A DNA stretch of 64,000 bases from Microcoleus sp. (GCA_042408215.1 JAYFMW010000028.1:160001-224000), one strand, 5' to 3'; positions 1 through 9,925 are shown, counted from the stretch's first letter. Notes: generated from the letters alone by a model not told the origin. Made by a program: numbers and translations.

Positions 1-440
1 AATGTCAAGTTATTTCCTCTACCGCCCAGCGGATTTTTGATGACTCTAATTTGTCCGGGATAGAGAGAAAATATCTGCTCTTCAGTATTTCCAATTTTAG
101 CTCCTTTAATTGTAGTAACCCGTTCGTTGCTAATATCAATTCTGACAATGCGACCCTTTGTTACCATAAAGTTAATTCCTTTCGGCTCCCCTTGCGGCTT
201 AAAATAGGAACAAAAATTTTCATCGAGGCCTGCATAGCCTTTCACTAACCTCACTCCAGCAGCTTGTGAGGCCTCATCAACTGTCATCCCAACTCGGATC
301 GGACCAATACCATTAAGCGCTAGTTTCGAGTTCTCTGTCAGTTGCGCTTGAGCGTTGACTGATGTTACCCAAACCGCAAAAATGACAATTGTGCCGATTA
401 GTAAGGTTACAAACTTAGTTGAACTGTTTAACTTTCGCAT
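1..440 (-). CDS. Secreted hypothetical protein, partial (runs off the window start)
   Basis: Not in the ORF track. Manual translation from ATG at 440 gives MRKLNSSTKFVTLLIGTIVIFAVWVTSVNAQAQLTENSKLALNGIGPIRVGMTVDEASQAAG..., open to position 1, with a signal-peptide-like N-terminus. Lies 17 bp downstream of the LprI-like gene. Confidence 0.75.
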   Translation of the reverse strand, partial: MRKLNSSTKFVTLLIGTIVIFAVWVTSVNAQAQLTENSKLALNGIGPIRVGMTVDEASQAAGVRLVKGYAGLDENFCSYFKPQGEPKGINFMVTKGRIVRIDISNERVTTIKGAKIGNTEEQIFSLYPGQIRVIKNPLGGRGNNLT

Positions 441-457
441 CGATCGCTCTTGCTCCC

Positions 458-868
458 TTACTTCTGTAAAAATTTCTCTAATTCTGCGGTACGTTGTTCG
501 GTAACTCTAGTAAGACAAGAATTAAGCACATATCCATAATTGCTACCTCCTCCTCCTCTATCCGATCGAACTTCGTTTTGGCAAGTAGTATCGCGACGCG
601 GAATCCAAGTGAGTTGTTCATCAATTAGTTTGTTTCTATCGCGCTGATTTAGTTTTGATATAACTTGTTTGTAGACCTCATTAAGCTTGGTATCTGCTTG
701 TTTATAAAGAGCCCAAAAACAATTGTTTACTTCAGCTTGGGTTTGAGGTTGGTTGCAAGCAGCAGGTTTGCTTGCAGAGGCATCTCTGCCTTGAGCCAAA
801 ACTACTGAACTGCTCGCACTCAAAAATATTAAACTTATGATTAACCTAAACAGTGATCGCTTTCTCAT
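458..868 (-). CDS. Lysozyme inhibitor LprI family (DUF1311) secreted protein
   Basis: Signal peptide, then C..PQTQAEVNNC...ADTKLNEVYKQ...QLTWIPRRDTTC...CLTRVTEQRTAEL, the typical 4-Cys LprI pattern. Confidence 0.85.
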   Translation of the reverse strand: MRKRSLFRLIISLIFLSASSSVVLAQGRDASASKPAACNQPQTQAEVNNCFWALYKQADTKLNEVYKQVISKLNQRDRNKLIDEQLTWIPRRDTTCQNEVRSDRGGGGSNYGYVLNSCLTRVTEQRTAELEKFLQK

Positions 869-905
869 TATTTTTTCTCCTTAAATTAACAGAGAATATT
901 CAGCC

Positions 906-1406
906 TTAGTAGTAACAAGGATGGACTAAACTAACTCCCTGTCTAATTTTTGACCACTCCGATGCTAGTCTCGTTTCCGATCGCTGTATTGCGCGGTAGC
1001 CTAAATCTGGATTACGAGTGTAAAAGATTGCATCTGCTACTTTGTTCAGCACTGAACTGAATACCACGATCTCCCTCGGATTTCTTCCCGGAGTGTCAAA
1101 CTCGGAAAGATGCCACCAATAACTCGGCCCACAACCTCGCTCGTAAACTAAATTACCATCGCGCAATACTTTTCTAATAGCAGCCCATTCGTTAATATAC
1201 TGCGTTTCGTTAGGGCGGATTTTGCGGCGGTTCAGTTGTGGGTGTAGCTTGTAGAAAATATTGTCAGTCCATTCATCGATCGCTTTTTCAGGCGCGTTGT
1301 TGGCTGCAATCATTACTGAAGCAGCGACAGGATAGCCGATATGTTGCGCGAGAACCTTCACAGACAACAAAGGAATGCCGATTAATCCCAATATCAAATA
1401 GTTCAT
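906..1406 (-). CDS. Secreted hypothetical protein with two internal ~40-aa repeats
   Basis: ORF with signal peptide; the motif DxIFY..(H/N)P.L..R.I...ET....EW..IR occurs twice. Confidence 0.7.
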   Translation of the reverse strand: MNYLILGLIGIPLLSVKVLAQHIGYPVAASVMIAANNAPEKAIDEWTDNIFYKLHPQLNRRKIRPNETQYINEWAAIRKVLRDGNLVYERGCGPSYWWHLSEFDTPGRNPREIVVFSSVLNKVADAIFYTRNPDLGYRAIQRSETRLASEWSKIRQGVSLVHPCYY

Positions 1407-1519
1407 TGCATACCTCGATATTTCATCATTTTTACACTCTATTTTTTCAGATGTTTTGTTTGTGCGATCGCTCTCTAGCTACTTGTTTTGACATAGGCGA
1501 TTGTCTTTTGATCTTTGCT

Positions 1520-2113
1520 TCACTTTTTTTGAGGAATCCGTCTTTCGGAGCGCAAAATTCGGTTAATTTGCTGCTTCGTCATAAAAGGAGCTTCTAAACA
1601 ACTAAGTCTCAAGCAGAATTGACCTGTTTCTTTCACAAATCTAAGTTTTGTATCTTTTCCATAAGTTTGATAAGAACCGACACTACCTCCCCAGTTAAAC
1701 TTAATTGCTTTGCCAGATTTTACATAGCTATCTGCCATAGCATAATCAATTTCTCCTATTCCACTTTTGATTGGTGGGTAGCTAGATAAACCTTGTTTGA
1801 GGATATAAGCTGTAGTATTATCGGCTCCTGGATTGATGTAAACATAGCCATTTCTAAACTCGGCAGGTAGGTCGTAATCGCGGTTGACAAAACACCTTCC
1901 ACCCCGTTCTACAAATTCTCTCCAAGTGACAAGTTGAGATTTTGGTTGTTGAGCAAGATTTTGCGGCTCATCAATCACTTGAGAATTATCTGTGACAATA
2001 TTATCAATTAGAGATTGATTAGCCATTGCAGAAAGTTGAGGCTTGGTGAATTCTCCAAACCCTACAATTGTCAAGCTAAGCATCAAGCTAAATATCGATC
2101 GCCCTTTAATCAT
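1520..2113 (-). CDS. Secreted hypothetical protein
   Basis: ORF track 1520..2173. The likely start is ATG 2113 (MIKGRSIFSLMLSL...), preceded by GGAGG and followed by a signal peptide. Confidence 0.65.
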   Translation of the reverse strand: MIKGRSIFSLMLSLTIVGFGEFTKPQLSAMANQSLIDNIVTDNSQVIDEPQNLAQQPKSQLVTWREFVERGGRCFVNRDYDLPAEFRNGYVYINPGADNTTAYILKQGLSSYPPIKSGIGEIDYAMADSYVKSGKAIKFNWGGSVGSYQTYGKDTKLRFVKETGQFCLRLSCLEAPFMTKQQINRILRSERRIPQKK

Positions 2114-2203
2114 TTTTCCTCCCTGTTTGCTAAGATGTCCTATTTGCTGGATTGTCCCCATACACCATTCCATCCCTCCACCGCAAAAATCGCCACAGTC
2201 TTG

Positions 2204-2300
2204 AGCTTCTATTTATTTATCAGACTCAATCCCCAAGTTTTATGCAAAATACTCGTTTTTTGTAATAAAACTTTACATAAAGTTGCCCAACGTTGGCAGA
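2204..2300 (-). promoter_or_regulatory. Copy of a ~95 bp upstream module also found twice upstream of the CAP-domain gene
   Basis: Minus strand CTGCCAACGTTGGGC...GTAAAGTTTTATTACAAAAAACGAGTATTTTGCATAAAACTTGGGGATTGA...ATAAATAGAAGC aligns with 19207-19302 and 19462-19560. Confidence 0.55.
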
Positions 2301-2420
2301 GCCGAGTTTTGAGCTAAGCCCGATCGCCCAGATTTATGGGCGTAGACATTCTTGGCTGGGCACTCTTGGTACCGCCCCTACAAATTTGTATAAATGACAG
2401 GAATTACGCACTCCGACAGA

Positions 2421-2487
2421 GAAACCGGGTTTTTTCCCGAATCTTCGAGTACGAACGCAGTATTTTCGTAAAAAAACCCGGTTTCTG
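2421..2487. repeat. Dispersed palindromic repeat (GAAACCGGGTTTTT...AAAAACCCGGTTTC family)
   Basis: Inverted arms; the same arms are amplified at 49805-50072. Confidence 0.75.
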
Positions 2488-2510
2488 AACCCCCGTGCGA
2501 TCGCCCTTTT

Positions 2511-2927
2511 TCATCTTTCCTTAAAATATTTCTCTAATTCGGCCGTGCGCTGTTTAGTCGATCGCTCCAAACACTCATTCAAAAAACCTTGATAACCCGT
2601 ACCGCCACGATTTCTATACACTTCAAACTCGCAGGTATTGTCTCGCACTTTAATCCATCCTAATTGTGATTCTGAAAGTAGGGCTTTCTCTTCCTTGCTC
2701 AACTTAGCAATCAGTTGTTTGTAAACATCATTCAGCCGCTTGTCTGCGAGTTCATACCTCAACCGAATACAGGCTCTAACTTCTACATCGCCTTGAGGCC
2801 GATCGCAATTAAGTTGTTGAGTGATCGCAGAGCGCCCAGATTGTGCAAAAACAGATGTTGTACCGAAAATTGCCAAAAGTGCGATCGACCAAAAGAGCGA
2901 TCGACCTTTCCTCAACTCTATTTTCAT
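2511..2927 (-). CDS. Lysozyme inhibitor LprI family (DUF1311) secreted protein, paralog of 458..868
   Basis: C..PQ....RAC...ADKRLNDVYKQ...QLGWIKVRDNTC...GG.GY....CLERSTKQRTAELEK; clearly similar to 458..868. Confidence 0.85.
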   Translation of the reverse strand: MKIELRKGRSLFWSIALLAIFGTTSVFAQSGRSAITQQLNCDRPQGDVEVRACIRLRYELADKRLNDVYKQLIAKLSKEEKALLSESQLGWIKVRDNTCEFEVYRNRGGTGYQGFLNECLERSTKQRTAELEKYFKER

Positions 2928-3034
2928 GACTCGTCAACCCACTTATCTGATAAGTCCTCTTAACACGAGACAGAGTTGATTTGATTAATTTAAGTATTTT
3001 TTTATATTTACTGAATTATAACCCCTTTTTTTTA

Positions 3035-3382
3035 TCAGATTCCCAAAGTGTGCTTGAGTGCTGCATCTACTGCCACCATATCCGACCAAATACCAATTTT
3101 GCGATCGATTTCAACTTCTAGAAGCGTCACAAGATTGTCCGTCATAATTACCGAATCAGCTAACAATCCCGTTTGCTTCCCTTCCGGTGTTGCTAGGGCA
3201 ACAAAAACCCGGCTTGGGTGTCCCGATCGGGCTAAATTGCTCGTAATCATTGCCACAATTGTTTGCCCTAAACCAGTCCCCAGATTATTAGTTTGAACTA
3301 TCAAAGCAGGACGGCGTTTCGCAGTACGCAAGTCCGAGTTCGGAAACAAAGCCAGAACTACATCACCGCGATTATAAGGCAT
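3035..3382 (-). CDS. Type II toxin, PemK/MazF family endoribonuclease
   Basis: MPYNRGDVVLALFPNSDLRTAKRRPALIVQ...VAMITS...SVIMTDNLVT carries the RGD.V and KRRPA.. MazF motifs. Start adjusted to ATG 3382, which overlaps the end of the antitoxin. Confidence 0.9.
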   Translation of the reverse strand: MPYNRGDVVLALFPNSDLRTAKRRPALIVQTNNLGTGLGQTIVAMITSNLARSGHPSRVFVALATPEGKQTGLLADSVIMTDNLVTLLEVEIDRKIGIWSDMVAVDAALKHTLGI

Positions 3383-3602
3383 CGTAAGCATCCATTTCCG
3401 GTAGTTCCCAATCAGGAGCAAATCTCCTCAGCCGAACCCGTAAATCTGCTGCTTGCTCCTGGTCAATACCGCGAGATTGCAAGTTTACTAACCCTGATTT
3501 TGGCATAAAAGTAACAATTACTTGCACTTCTTCCATGTCGGCAGGTGTTTCCAATAACTCAATTTTGCCATTTCGATATATACCCTCTACTGACTGTAAC
3601 AT
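3372..3602 (-). CDS. Putative antitoxin of the MazF-like toxin
   Basis: 76 aa, acidic, EGIYRNGKIELLE.P N-terminus; overlaps the toxin start by 11 bp. Confidence 0.75.
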   Translation of the reverse strand: MLQSVEGIYRNGKIELLETPADMEEVQVIVTFMPKSGLVNLQSRGIDQEQAADLRVRLRRFAPDWELPEMDAYDAL

Positions 3603-3681
3603 TTTACTCCTCTGATAATTACCTATTTATATTTTAGCTACGATCGCCAAACCCAGCAAGTCTCCGTCTTTTTTGTGGGTA

Positions 3682-4662
3682 TCAGCACTTCTCAAAAGCC
3701 GCGCCCACCAACGATAAAGCCACAATCGGCGCAGTCACCGCTCTGAGAATTCTACTCCCCAAAGAAACAGGCTCAAACCCAAATTCGATCGCCCTTTTCA
3801 CCTCACCATCCGTCCATCCACCCTCCGGCCCAATAGCTATGACAATCGATAATTCTCCCCCAGGGGGCGGGCACGGGGGCACCGCCCCTACAAAGGCGGG
3901 AGCGAATTCTTGCTCCCCCCTTACCAAGGGGGGCTGGGGGGGAGCGAATTCTTTCTCCCCCCTTACCAAGGGGGGCTGGGGGGGAGCGAATTCTTGCTCC
4001 CCCCTTACCAAGGGGGGCTGGGGGGGAGCGAATTCTTGCTCCCCCCTTACCAAGGGGGGCTGGGGGGGAGCGAATTCTTTCTCCCCCCTTACCAAGGGGG
4101 GCTGGGGGGGATCTAAACCAATCAAACAATCCCACAAATGCCGATTATCCCCGCGAGCAACACAAATATATCGATATTTTTGACCGCAATCTTTCACCGC
4201 CAAATCAAACGAAATCGGCTCCAAAATCCTCGGCACAAATTGACGTTCCGACTGTTCCGCCGCCTCAGCAGCAATCCGCCTCCATCGATCGACCTTTTGA
4301 GCACTCGGTTTCAGCAAAGTGCGATCGCTCGTCACCGGCACAATACTTGCGACACCCAACTCCGTCGCCTGTCTCACAACCTCGTCAAACCCGTTGCCCT
4401 TGGGCAATGCAGCCATTAAAGTCACATCAACCGGGAGCTCCCTGTTGACCGCAATTTCCTCTGTTATTGACGCAATTAACCCTGTTTCCTGGGCTTCTAG
4501 GACTGCTAGCCACCAATGTCCTCTGCCGTCCATCGCAATAAATCGATCGCCCTGATTCAGTCGCAACACTCGATGTATATAATGCTGTTGTTCGGGGGTT
4601 AGGTTGATTGTGCGATCGCACATTTGAGCGGCATTAATTGCTAATCTTTGTAATTGAGCCAT
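3682..4662 (-). CDS. rsmE: 16S rRNA m3U1498 methyltransferase with an in-frame repeat insertion
   Basis: HYIHRVLRL, QATELGV, RWRRIAAEAAEQSER and IGPEGGW...VSLGSRILRAVTA motifs. Real start probably ATG 4662 (MAQLQR); the track's N-terminal extension comes from the tandem array. Confidence 0.92.
   Translation of the reverse strand: MAQLQRLAINAAQMCDRTINLTPEQQHYIHRVLRLNQGDRFIAMDGRGHWWLAVLEAQETGLIASITEEIAVNRELPVDVTLMAALPKGNGFDEVVRQATELGVASIVPVTSDRTLLKPSAQKVDRWRRIAAEAAEQSERQFVPRILEPISFDLAVKDCGQKYRYICVARGDNRHLWDCLIGLDPPQPPLVRGEKEFAPPQPPLVRGEQEFAPPQPPLVRGEQEFAPPQPPLVRGEKEFAPPQPPLVRGEQEFAPAFVGAVPPCPPPGGELSIVIAIGPEGGWTDGEVKRAIEFGFEPVSLGSRILRAVTAPIVALSLVGAAFEKC
3864..4113. repeat. 5 x 42 bp tandem repeat plus one GC palindrome inside rsmE
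   Basis: Unit GAGCGAATTCTTGCTCCCCCCTTACCAAGGGGGGCTGGGGGG at 3900, 3942, 3984, 4026 and 4068; palindrome GGGGCGGGCACGGGGGCACCGCCCCTACA at 3864-3892. Confidence 0.95.
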
Positions 4663-4680
4663 TGAATTTTGGATTGTTCG

Positions 4681-5497
4681 TTTTCTATTGGATTTGTTTT
4701 TTTTACCGCAGAGGGCGCAGAGAGCGCTGAGGAAGAGGGGAAGAGAGGGGATGGGTCTCTCCTGGACGCTTTTCAATTTGATTCTGTTTCTATTGGATTT
4801 GTTTTTTTTTACCGCAGAGGGCGCAGAGAGCGCTGAGGAAGAGGGGAAGAGAGGGGATGGGTCTCTCCTGGACGCTTTTCAATTTGATTCTTTTTCTATT
4901 GGATTTGTTTTTTTTACCGCAGAGGGCGCAGAGAGCGCTGAGGAAGAGGGGAAGAGAGGGGATGGGTCTCTCCTGGACGCTTTTCAATTTGATTCTTTTT
5001 CTATTGGATTTGTTTTTTTTACCGCAGAGGGCGCAGAGAGCGCAGAGGAAGAGGGGAAGAGAGGGGATGGGTCTCTCCTGGACGCTTTTCAATTTGATTC
5101 TTTTTCTATTGGATTTGTTTTTTTTACCGCAGAGGGCGCAGAGAGCGCTGAGGAAGAGGGGAAGAGAGGGGATGGGTCTCTCCTGGACGCTTTTCAATTT
5201 GATTCTTTTTCTATTGGATTTGTTTTTTTTTACCGCAGAGGGCGCAGAGAGCGCTGAGGAAGAGGGGAAGAGAGGGGATGGGTCTCTCCTGGACGCTTTT
5301 CAATTTGATTCTGTTTCTATTGGATTTGTTTTTTTTTACCGCAGAGGGCGCAGAGAGCGCTGAGGAAGAGGGGAAGAGAGGGGATGGGTCTCTCCTGGAC
5401 GCTTTTCAATTTGATTCTTTTTCTATTGGATTTGTTTTTTTTTACCGCAGAGGCCGCAGAGAGCGCAGAGGAAGAGGGGAAGAGAGGGGATGGGTTT
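4681..5497. repeat. Tandem array, 8 x 105-106 bp
   Basis: ACCGCAGAG(G)GCGCAGAG core at 4705, 4811, 4916, 5021, 5126, 5232, 5338 and 5444; no spacers. Confidence 0.95.
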
Positions 5498-5626
5498 TTT
5501 GTTTGTAAGTTTAAAGGAAAAGCATTTACAACTGGAATTCTTTGATAAATCCCAGTTTTTTTCTGCAAATGCTCTGCCCTTATATTACTTTTGTCTGAGG
5601 TCTATTGCAGACAATCGAAAATCGGC

Positions 5627-7615
5627 TTATCCTTCCTCCTTAATCTTGTTCAAGTAATTTGAAATCACCTCTGTAGCTAGCTGGGTGATTGGCTTCCCCT
5701 GACGGGCTGCTTCTTCTTTGAGCTCGTTGTAGATTTCATCGCGGACGCTAATTCGGCGGCGGACTTTGCCCGCAGTGGGGGATTTCTCGCTCTCATCATC
5801 GTTACTAGACGTAACTTCTAATTCATTATTCTCTGTTGTCATCGAGTCGGTAGATTGGTAGTTGGTTACAAATTGACGGATAGATTCTAACCCGACGCGA
5901 TCGCAAAAATCGCCAAAACTCTCACTTGGTTGCCGTTTTTGCTTAAAATAAACAAAAATTGGCTCCAGAAAAGCTTCAAAATCATTGACGTGCAGCTTTT
6001 CCTCTATCGGTTTTGCCAGCCTCGTTTGAGCGGGAGAACCCCCTAGCCAAATCTGGTAAGATTCTGGCGAACTCCCGACAAACCCCAATTCTGCCATATA
6101 AGGGCGGGCGCATCCATTGGGACAACCCGTCATCCGTACTACAAAATGCTCGTCTTTTAAGCCAACTTTGGTCAACAGCGCCCGAATTCTTTCTAAAATG
6201 CTCGGAATCACTCGCTCTGACTCGGTAATCGCCAAGCCGCAAGTCGGCATTGCTGGACAAGCCATAGCATACCGGACTAAGGGGTCGATCGCTGTTTCGC
6301 CCTGAATCCCACACCGCGCCAGAATGCTCTGAATTTCTTGTTGGATTTTTGGTGAAATGTCGTAAATCAGTATGTTTTGGTGCGGTGTCACCAACATCGG
6401 CACGTTGTGTTTCTGCACGATTTCCCGCAAAGCCGTTTTTAGCTGGAACGAACCTTCATCCTTAACGCGGCCATTTTCTACAGAAATTCCCAAAAACAGC
6501 TTACCATCGCCTTGTTCGTGCCAACCCAAGAAATCGAAATACTTCCATTCTGGCAAGGGTTTAAACTGTTCTAGTGGCTTGCCAAAATATTCGGCTACTT
6601 TTTCCTGGAACCATTTTACACCTTTGTCGTTAATCAGGTATTTCAGTCGGGCGTGTCTTCTGTCTGTGCGATCGCCAAAATCTCTCTGAGTTGCTACAAT
6701 TGCCTTCACCAAATCATACACATCATCCTTGGCAACATAGCAAATCTCATCCGCAACCCGCGCAAAAGTCTCTTCTTTATTGTGAGTGCGCCCCAAACCA
6801 CCGCCAGCAAACACGTTAAAACCTTCCAACTCCCCAGCTTCATTGGTAAATACCACCAAGCTCAAATCCTGAGAGTACAAGTCAACGGAATTGTCTCCGG
6901 GCACTGTCACCGAACATTTGAACTTCCGCGGCATATAATGACTGCCGTAAATCGGTTCTTCCTTATCGTCATCAAAGATTGTGCCATTCCCGTTGGACTG
7001 TCTCGCAGCTTTCACAGCGGGGTCTTCTTCAGCACTCACAGCTTTTTCGCCATCTAACCAAATTTCGTAATAAGCCCCCGTTTGCGGTGTCAGCAAATCC
7101 GCGACATTGTTGGCGTATTGCAGCGCATACTGGTATTCTGGCCGATTTTTGTACGGTGCTGGCGGTGCCATGACGTTGCGATTTAAGTCGCCGCAAGCTC
7201 CCAAGGTTGACCCCATATTTTTAATAATTGAGGAAAACACTGCTTTAAGATTTTTCTTCAGCACGCCGTGAATTTGGAAGCCTTGGCGCGTCGTGACGCG
7301 GAGCGTGTGGTTGCCGTATTCTTCGGATAGCTTGTCTAACGTCAGGTATAGCTGCGGGGGTACGAAACCGCCGGGATTGCGGGTTCGCAGCATGAACTGA
7401 TAGTCTTTTTCTTGGCCTTTAACTCGATTGTCGCGGTTGTCTTGCTGGTAGGAGCCGTGAAATTTGAGAATCTGAATCCCTTCTTCGGTGAAGTGGGTTG
7501 TTTCTTGCAACAGTTCAGTCGCAACGGGTTCTCGCAAATAGTTGCTCCGTTCTTTGAGACCTTCTGATTTAGAGGGTTTGCGCGCCGCAGGCGCTGAAGT
7601 GGAAGATGTACTCAT
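5627..7615 (-). CDS. sir: Ferredoxin-dependent sulfite reductase
   Basis: [40 protein letters not shown] and [13 protein letters not shown] (siroheme/4Fe-4S ligands). Likely start ATG 7615. Confidence 0.95.
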   Translation of the reverse strand: MSTSSTSAPAARKPSKSEGLKERSNYLREPVATELLQETTHFTEEGIQILKFHGSYQQDNRDNRVKGQEKDYQFMLRTRNPGGFVPPQLYLTLDKLSEEYGNHTLRVTTRQGFQIHGVLKKNLKAVFSSIIKNMGSTLGACGDLNRNVMAPPAPYKNRPEYQYALQYANNVADLLTPQTGAYYEIWLDGEKAVSAEEDPAVKAARQSNGNGTIFDDDKEEPIYGSHYMPRKFKCSVTVPGDNSVDLYSQDLSLVVFTNEAGELEGFNVFAGGGLGRTHNKEETFARVADEICYVAKDDVYDLVKAIVATQRDFGDRTDRRHARLKYLINDKGVKWFQEKVAEYFGKPLEQFKPLPEWKYFDFLGWHEQGDGKLFLGISVENGRVKDEGSFQLKTALREIVQKHNVPMLVTPHQNILIYDISPKIQQEIQSILARCGIQGETAIDPLVRYAMACPAMPTCGLAITESERVIPSILERIRALLTKVGLKDEHFVVRMTGCPNGCARPYMAELGFVGSSPESYQIWLGGSPAQTRLAKPIEEKLHVNDFEAFLEPIFVYFKQKRQPSESFGDFCDRVGLESIRQFVTNYQSTDSMTTENNELEVTSSNDDESEKSPTAGKVRRRISVRDEIYNELKEEAARQGKPITQLATEVISNYLNKIKEEG

Positions 7616-7897
7616 GGAAAGTATAGTATCCGTTATAATTAGATCAGGAGCGATCGAATATTTCTTGACCTGACAGTTGACAAATTTGCACTTGACAAAT
7701 TTCCTCAGAAATGCTGTGTCGGATTTGTTGACAACTCGGTTAACAACTAAGTTAATAACGGTAATCCGATAGGAATTCTGACGGTGTTTAATTGTAACAC
7801 GATCGCCCTTGGGCATTGCAGCTCTAAATAAGACTTTATAGTTCGATCGCTTAACTGCACAAAACTTGAGAAATAATTAACCTCAACATCTGAAACT

Positions 7898-8146
7898 ATG
7901 TCCCTGTATGACGAAGACACATTTGTAGTGTTAGAAACAAACCAGCCAGAGCAGTTTTTGACCGCCGCGGAACTGTTAGAAAAGCTGAAAGTAGTTTTAG
8001 CTTCTGGACAGGAAGATTTATCGCCGGATGTCCAAAAATTCTCTTCTGTGGAAGCTCAAGCCAAGTATTTAATTGATACTTATTGTGAATTAGATGTCGG
8101 CCCTGGCAAGTTTTTGCAGTGGTACGCAGTGCGTCTGGAAAAGTAA
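7898..8146 (+). CDS. Chlororespiratory reduction 7 (CRR7)-like NDH assembly factor
   Basis: FVVLETNQPEQFLTAAELLEKLK...LIDTYCELDVGPGKFLQWYAVRLEK matches my recollection of this family. Confidence 0.8.
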   Translation: MSLYDEDTFVVLETNQPEQFLTAAELLEKLKVVLASGQEDLSPDVQKFSSVEAQAKYLIDTYCELDVGPGKFLQWYAVRLEK

Positions 8147-8233
8147 TTTTAGAAATGGACAACAGTCAACAGTCAACAGTTAACTGTGAACAATTATTCA
8201 ATCTAAAATCCAAAATCTAAAATCTAAAATCGG

Positions 8234-8614
8234 TTAATCTTCCAACTGTTGCACCGATGACACTTCAACTGCGGTAACATCGATCGTACCGGGCGGCGTC
8301 AAGCGAATAAAATGACCTTGTTCTATTCTCAGAGGTTCACCGCAGTTGGAACACTGAAACTGAGTTTGATTTAAAGCGGTAAATTCATATTGACAGACTG
8401 GACAATTATCTTCGATTAAGTTGCGTTTCAGCCACCACTGGAGTCCGAAAAATGCCACCACAGGCGTCAGCAGCAAAAAACCTACTAAAATAAAAATCGA
8501 TTTAACTACCCAACCCAAACCAAGTGACGCAAACAGCCACGCAATGCCCAATAGTATCAGCCAATTGCTAATAGCGGGTAGCTTTAAAGAGATTTTGGGG
8601 GTGCCTTGGTTCAC
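8234..8614 (-). CDS. Conserved membrane protein with a CxxC/CxxC zinc ribbon
   Basis: Two TM helices, then CPVC...CSNCGEPL and PPGTIDV. Confidence 0.8.
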   Translation of the reverse strand: MNQGTPKISLKLPAISNWLILLGIAWLFASLGLGWVVKSIFILVGFLLLTPVVAFFGLQWWLKRNLIEDNCPVCQYEFTALNQTQFQCSNCGEPLRIEQGHFIRLTPPGTIDVTAVEVSSVQQLED

Positions 8615-8733
8615 GATCGTCTCCTTGGGTGTCTTTGCAGGTAGGCATAGTTATATCCTAACCAATAAATTCAGGGTGGTGTTCGAGTTAATTTTCCCAT
8701 TGTACATGGAGAAACCGCTGTCTACGCCATAAC

Positions 8734-9862
8734 TTAATCTGGGGGATAGATCTGAAACATCCCGATTAGAGATTGACAACTAAATGCTGCGATGGTTTGT
8801 TCCCTCAACCAGTGGCGATCGCACCTTCTATCCTCTCCCTTCAGCATTTCGATACAAGCAACCGCTACTGCGCCTTGGTCTCGGTGAGGAACTCGCCACC
8901 CCAGTTTACCATCTTGCAGCGGATCGGCTGAACCGTCCGCGTCTCCCGCGAGTACGGGTACTCCACAAGCAAGTGCTTCCAAGTAAACTATACCAAATCC
9001 TTCTTGGGAAGGCATCACGTAAGCATCAGCAAGTCGGTAATGTTCGGCTAAATTTTCTGTCGGTACAAAACCCGCAAATATTACTCTTTCAGCAACTCCC
9101 AAATCTGCTGCAAGTTTGGCTAATCTCGATCGATCGTCTCCGCGTCCAATAACTAAGTATTTCACATTTGGGAAAGTTTTTGCTATTTGCGGCAAAGCTT
9201 TAATTGTGACATCGACACCTTTGTAAATATCAGTCGATCGCAATCTTGCCACAGTCATCAATATTTTAGCACCAATCAGATTGTATTGTGCCAATAAATC
9301 CTCCGATTTCGGACCGATAGTAAATATATTCTCATCGACTATACAAGGCACTATGTGGAACTTTATCGGGATTTAGTTGGTTACTTTCGCAACTGCTATC
9401 GCGCGTGTATCTGCTAATAGTCCAAATACTATCAGCTTGGCTCATGGCTATTTGATATTTGGGCGGAAGTGTTTCCCAAACTTCTTTTCCGTAAGTTAAA
9501 ATTGTGTAGGGAATTCCTAAAGGTTGGCACAAAGTTTGAATCAGCGGTGCGAGGTTGATGTGACCGCAGAAAACTCGTTCTGGTCGTTTTTGGACTAAGT
9601 GAATTAGTATTTTAGCTGCAAAATTAAGACGGCCCAACCAAACGGGATCAGTTTTGAGGTAAGAAAATTTGAGTTTTTTTGACTCGAAGGGATTTTGGCA
9701 GTCTGGAGAATCTCGCAATAGGAAAACTTCTGCTGTTGGCGGAGAGTTTGTCCCTGCGGTTAGTGACAGATAAGCTTTCAGGATGTCTTTAACGTAAGAT
9801 TGAATCCCGCCTTCGCTGGAAAAGATTTCTAGGAAGCAGAATAGGTAATTTGGCGATCGCAT
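8734..9862 (-). pseudogene. Glycosyltransferase family 4, split by a +1 frameshift near 9362
   Basis: The N-half (GGIQSY, ILTYGKEVW) and C-half (KGVD, YVMPSQEGFGIVYLEALACGVPV) are in different frames. Removing one A from GATAAAGTTCCAC gives ...PDKFHIVPCIVDE. Could be a sequencing error. Confidence 0.75.
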
Positions 9863-9925
9863 CTTCTATTATTGCTATTTGTGCACAATTTCTCCATGCA
9901 GAGACTCGCCCCGCCTACCCGATCC

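Noticed and set aside
2262..2276. NtcA site within the shared upstream module
   Set aside because: Spacing is GTA-N9-TAC rather than N8, and the other two copies lack TAC.
4681..5497. Possible CRISPR array, and ORFs 4688..5257, 4790..5197, 4857..5363, 5278..5508, 5317..5568
   Set aside because: Units are near-identical over their full length, with no unique spacers and no cas genes. The ORFs are translations of the repeat, with frames shifting at poly-T tracts.
7616..7816. N-terminal extension of sir in the ORF track
   Set aside because: Non-homologous-looking promoter region; ATG 7615 is the more plausible start.
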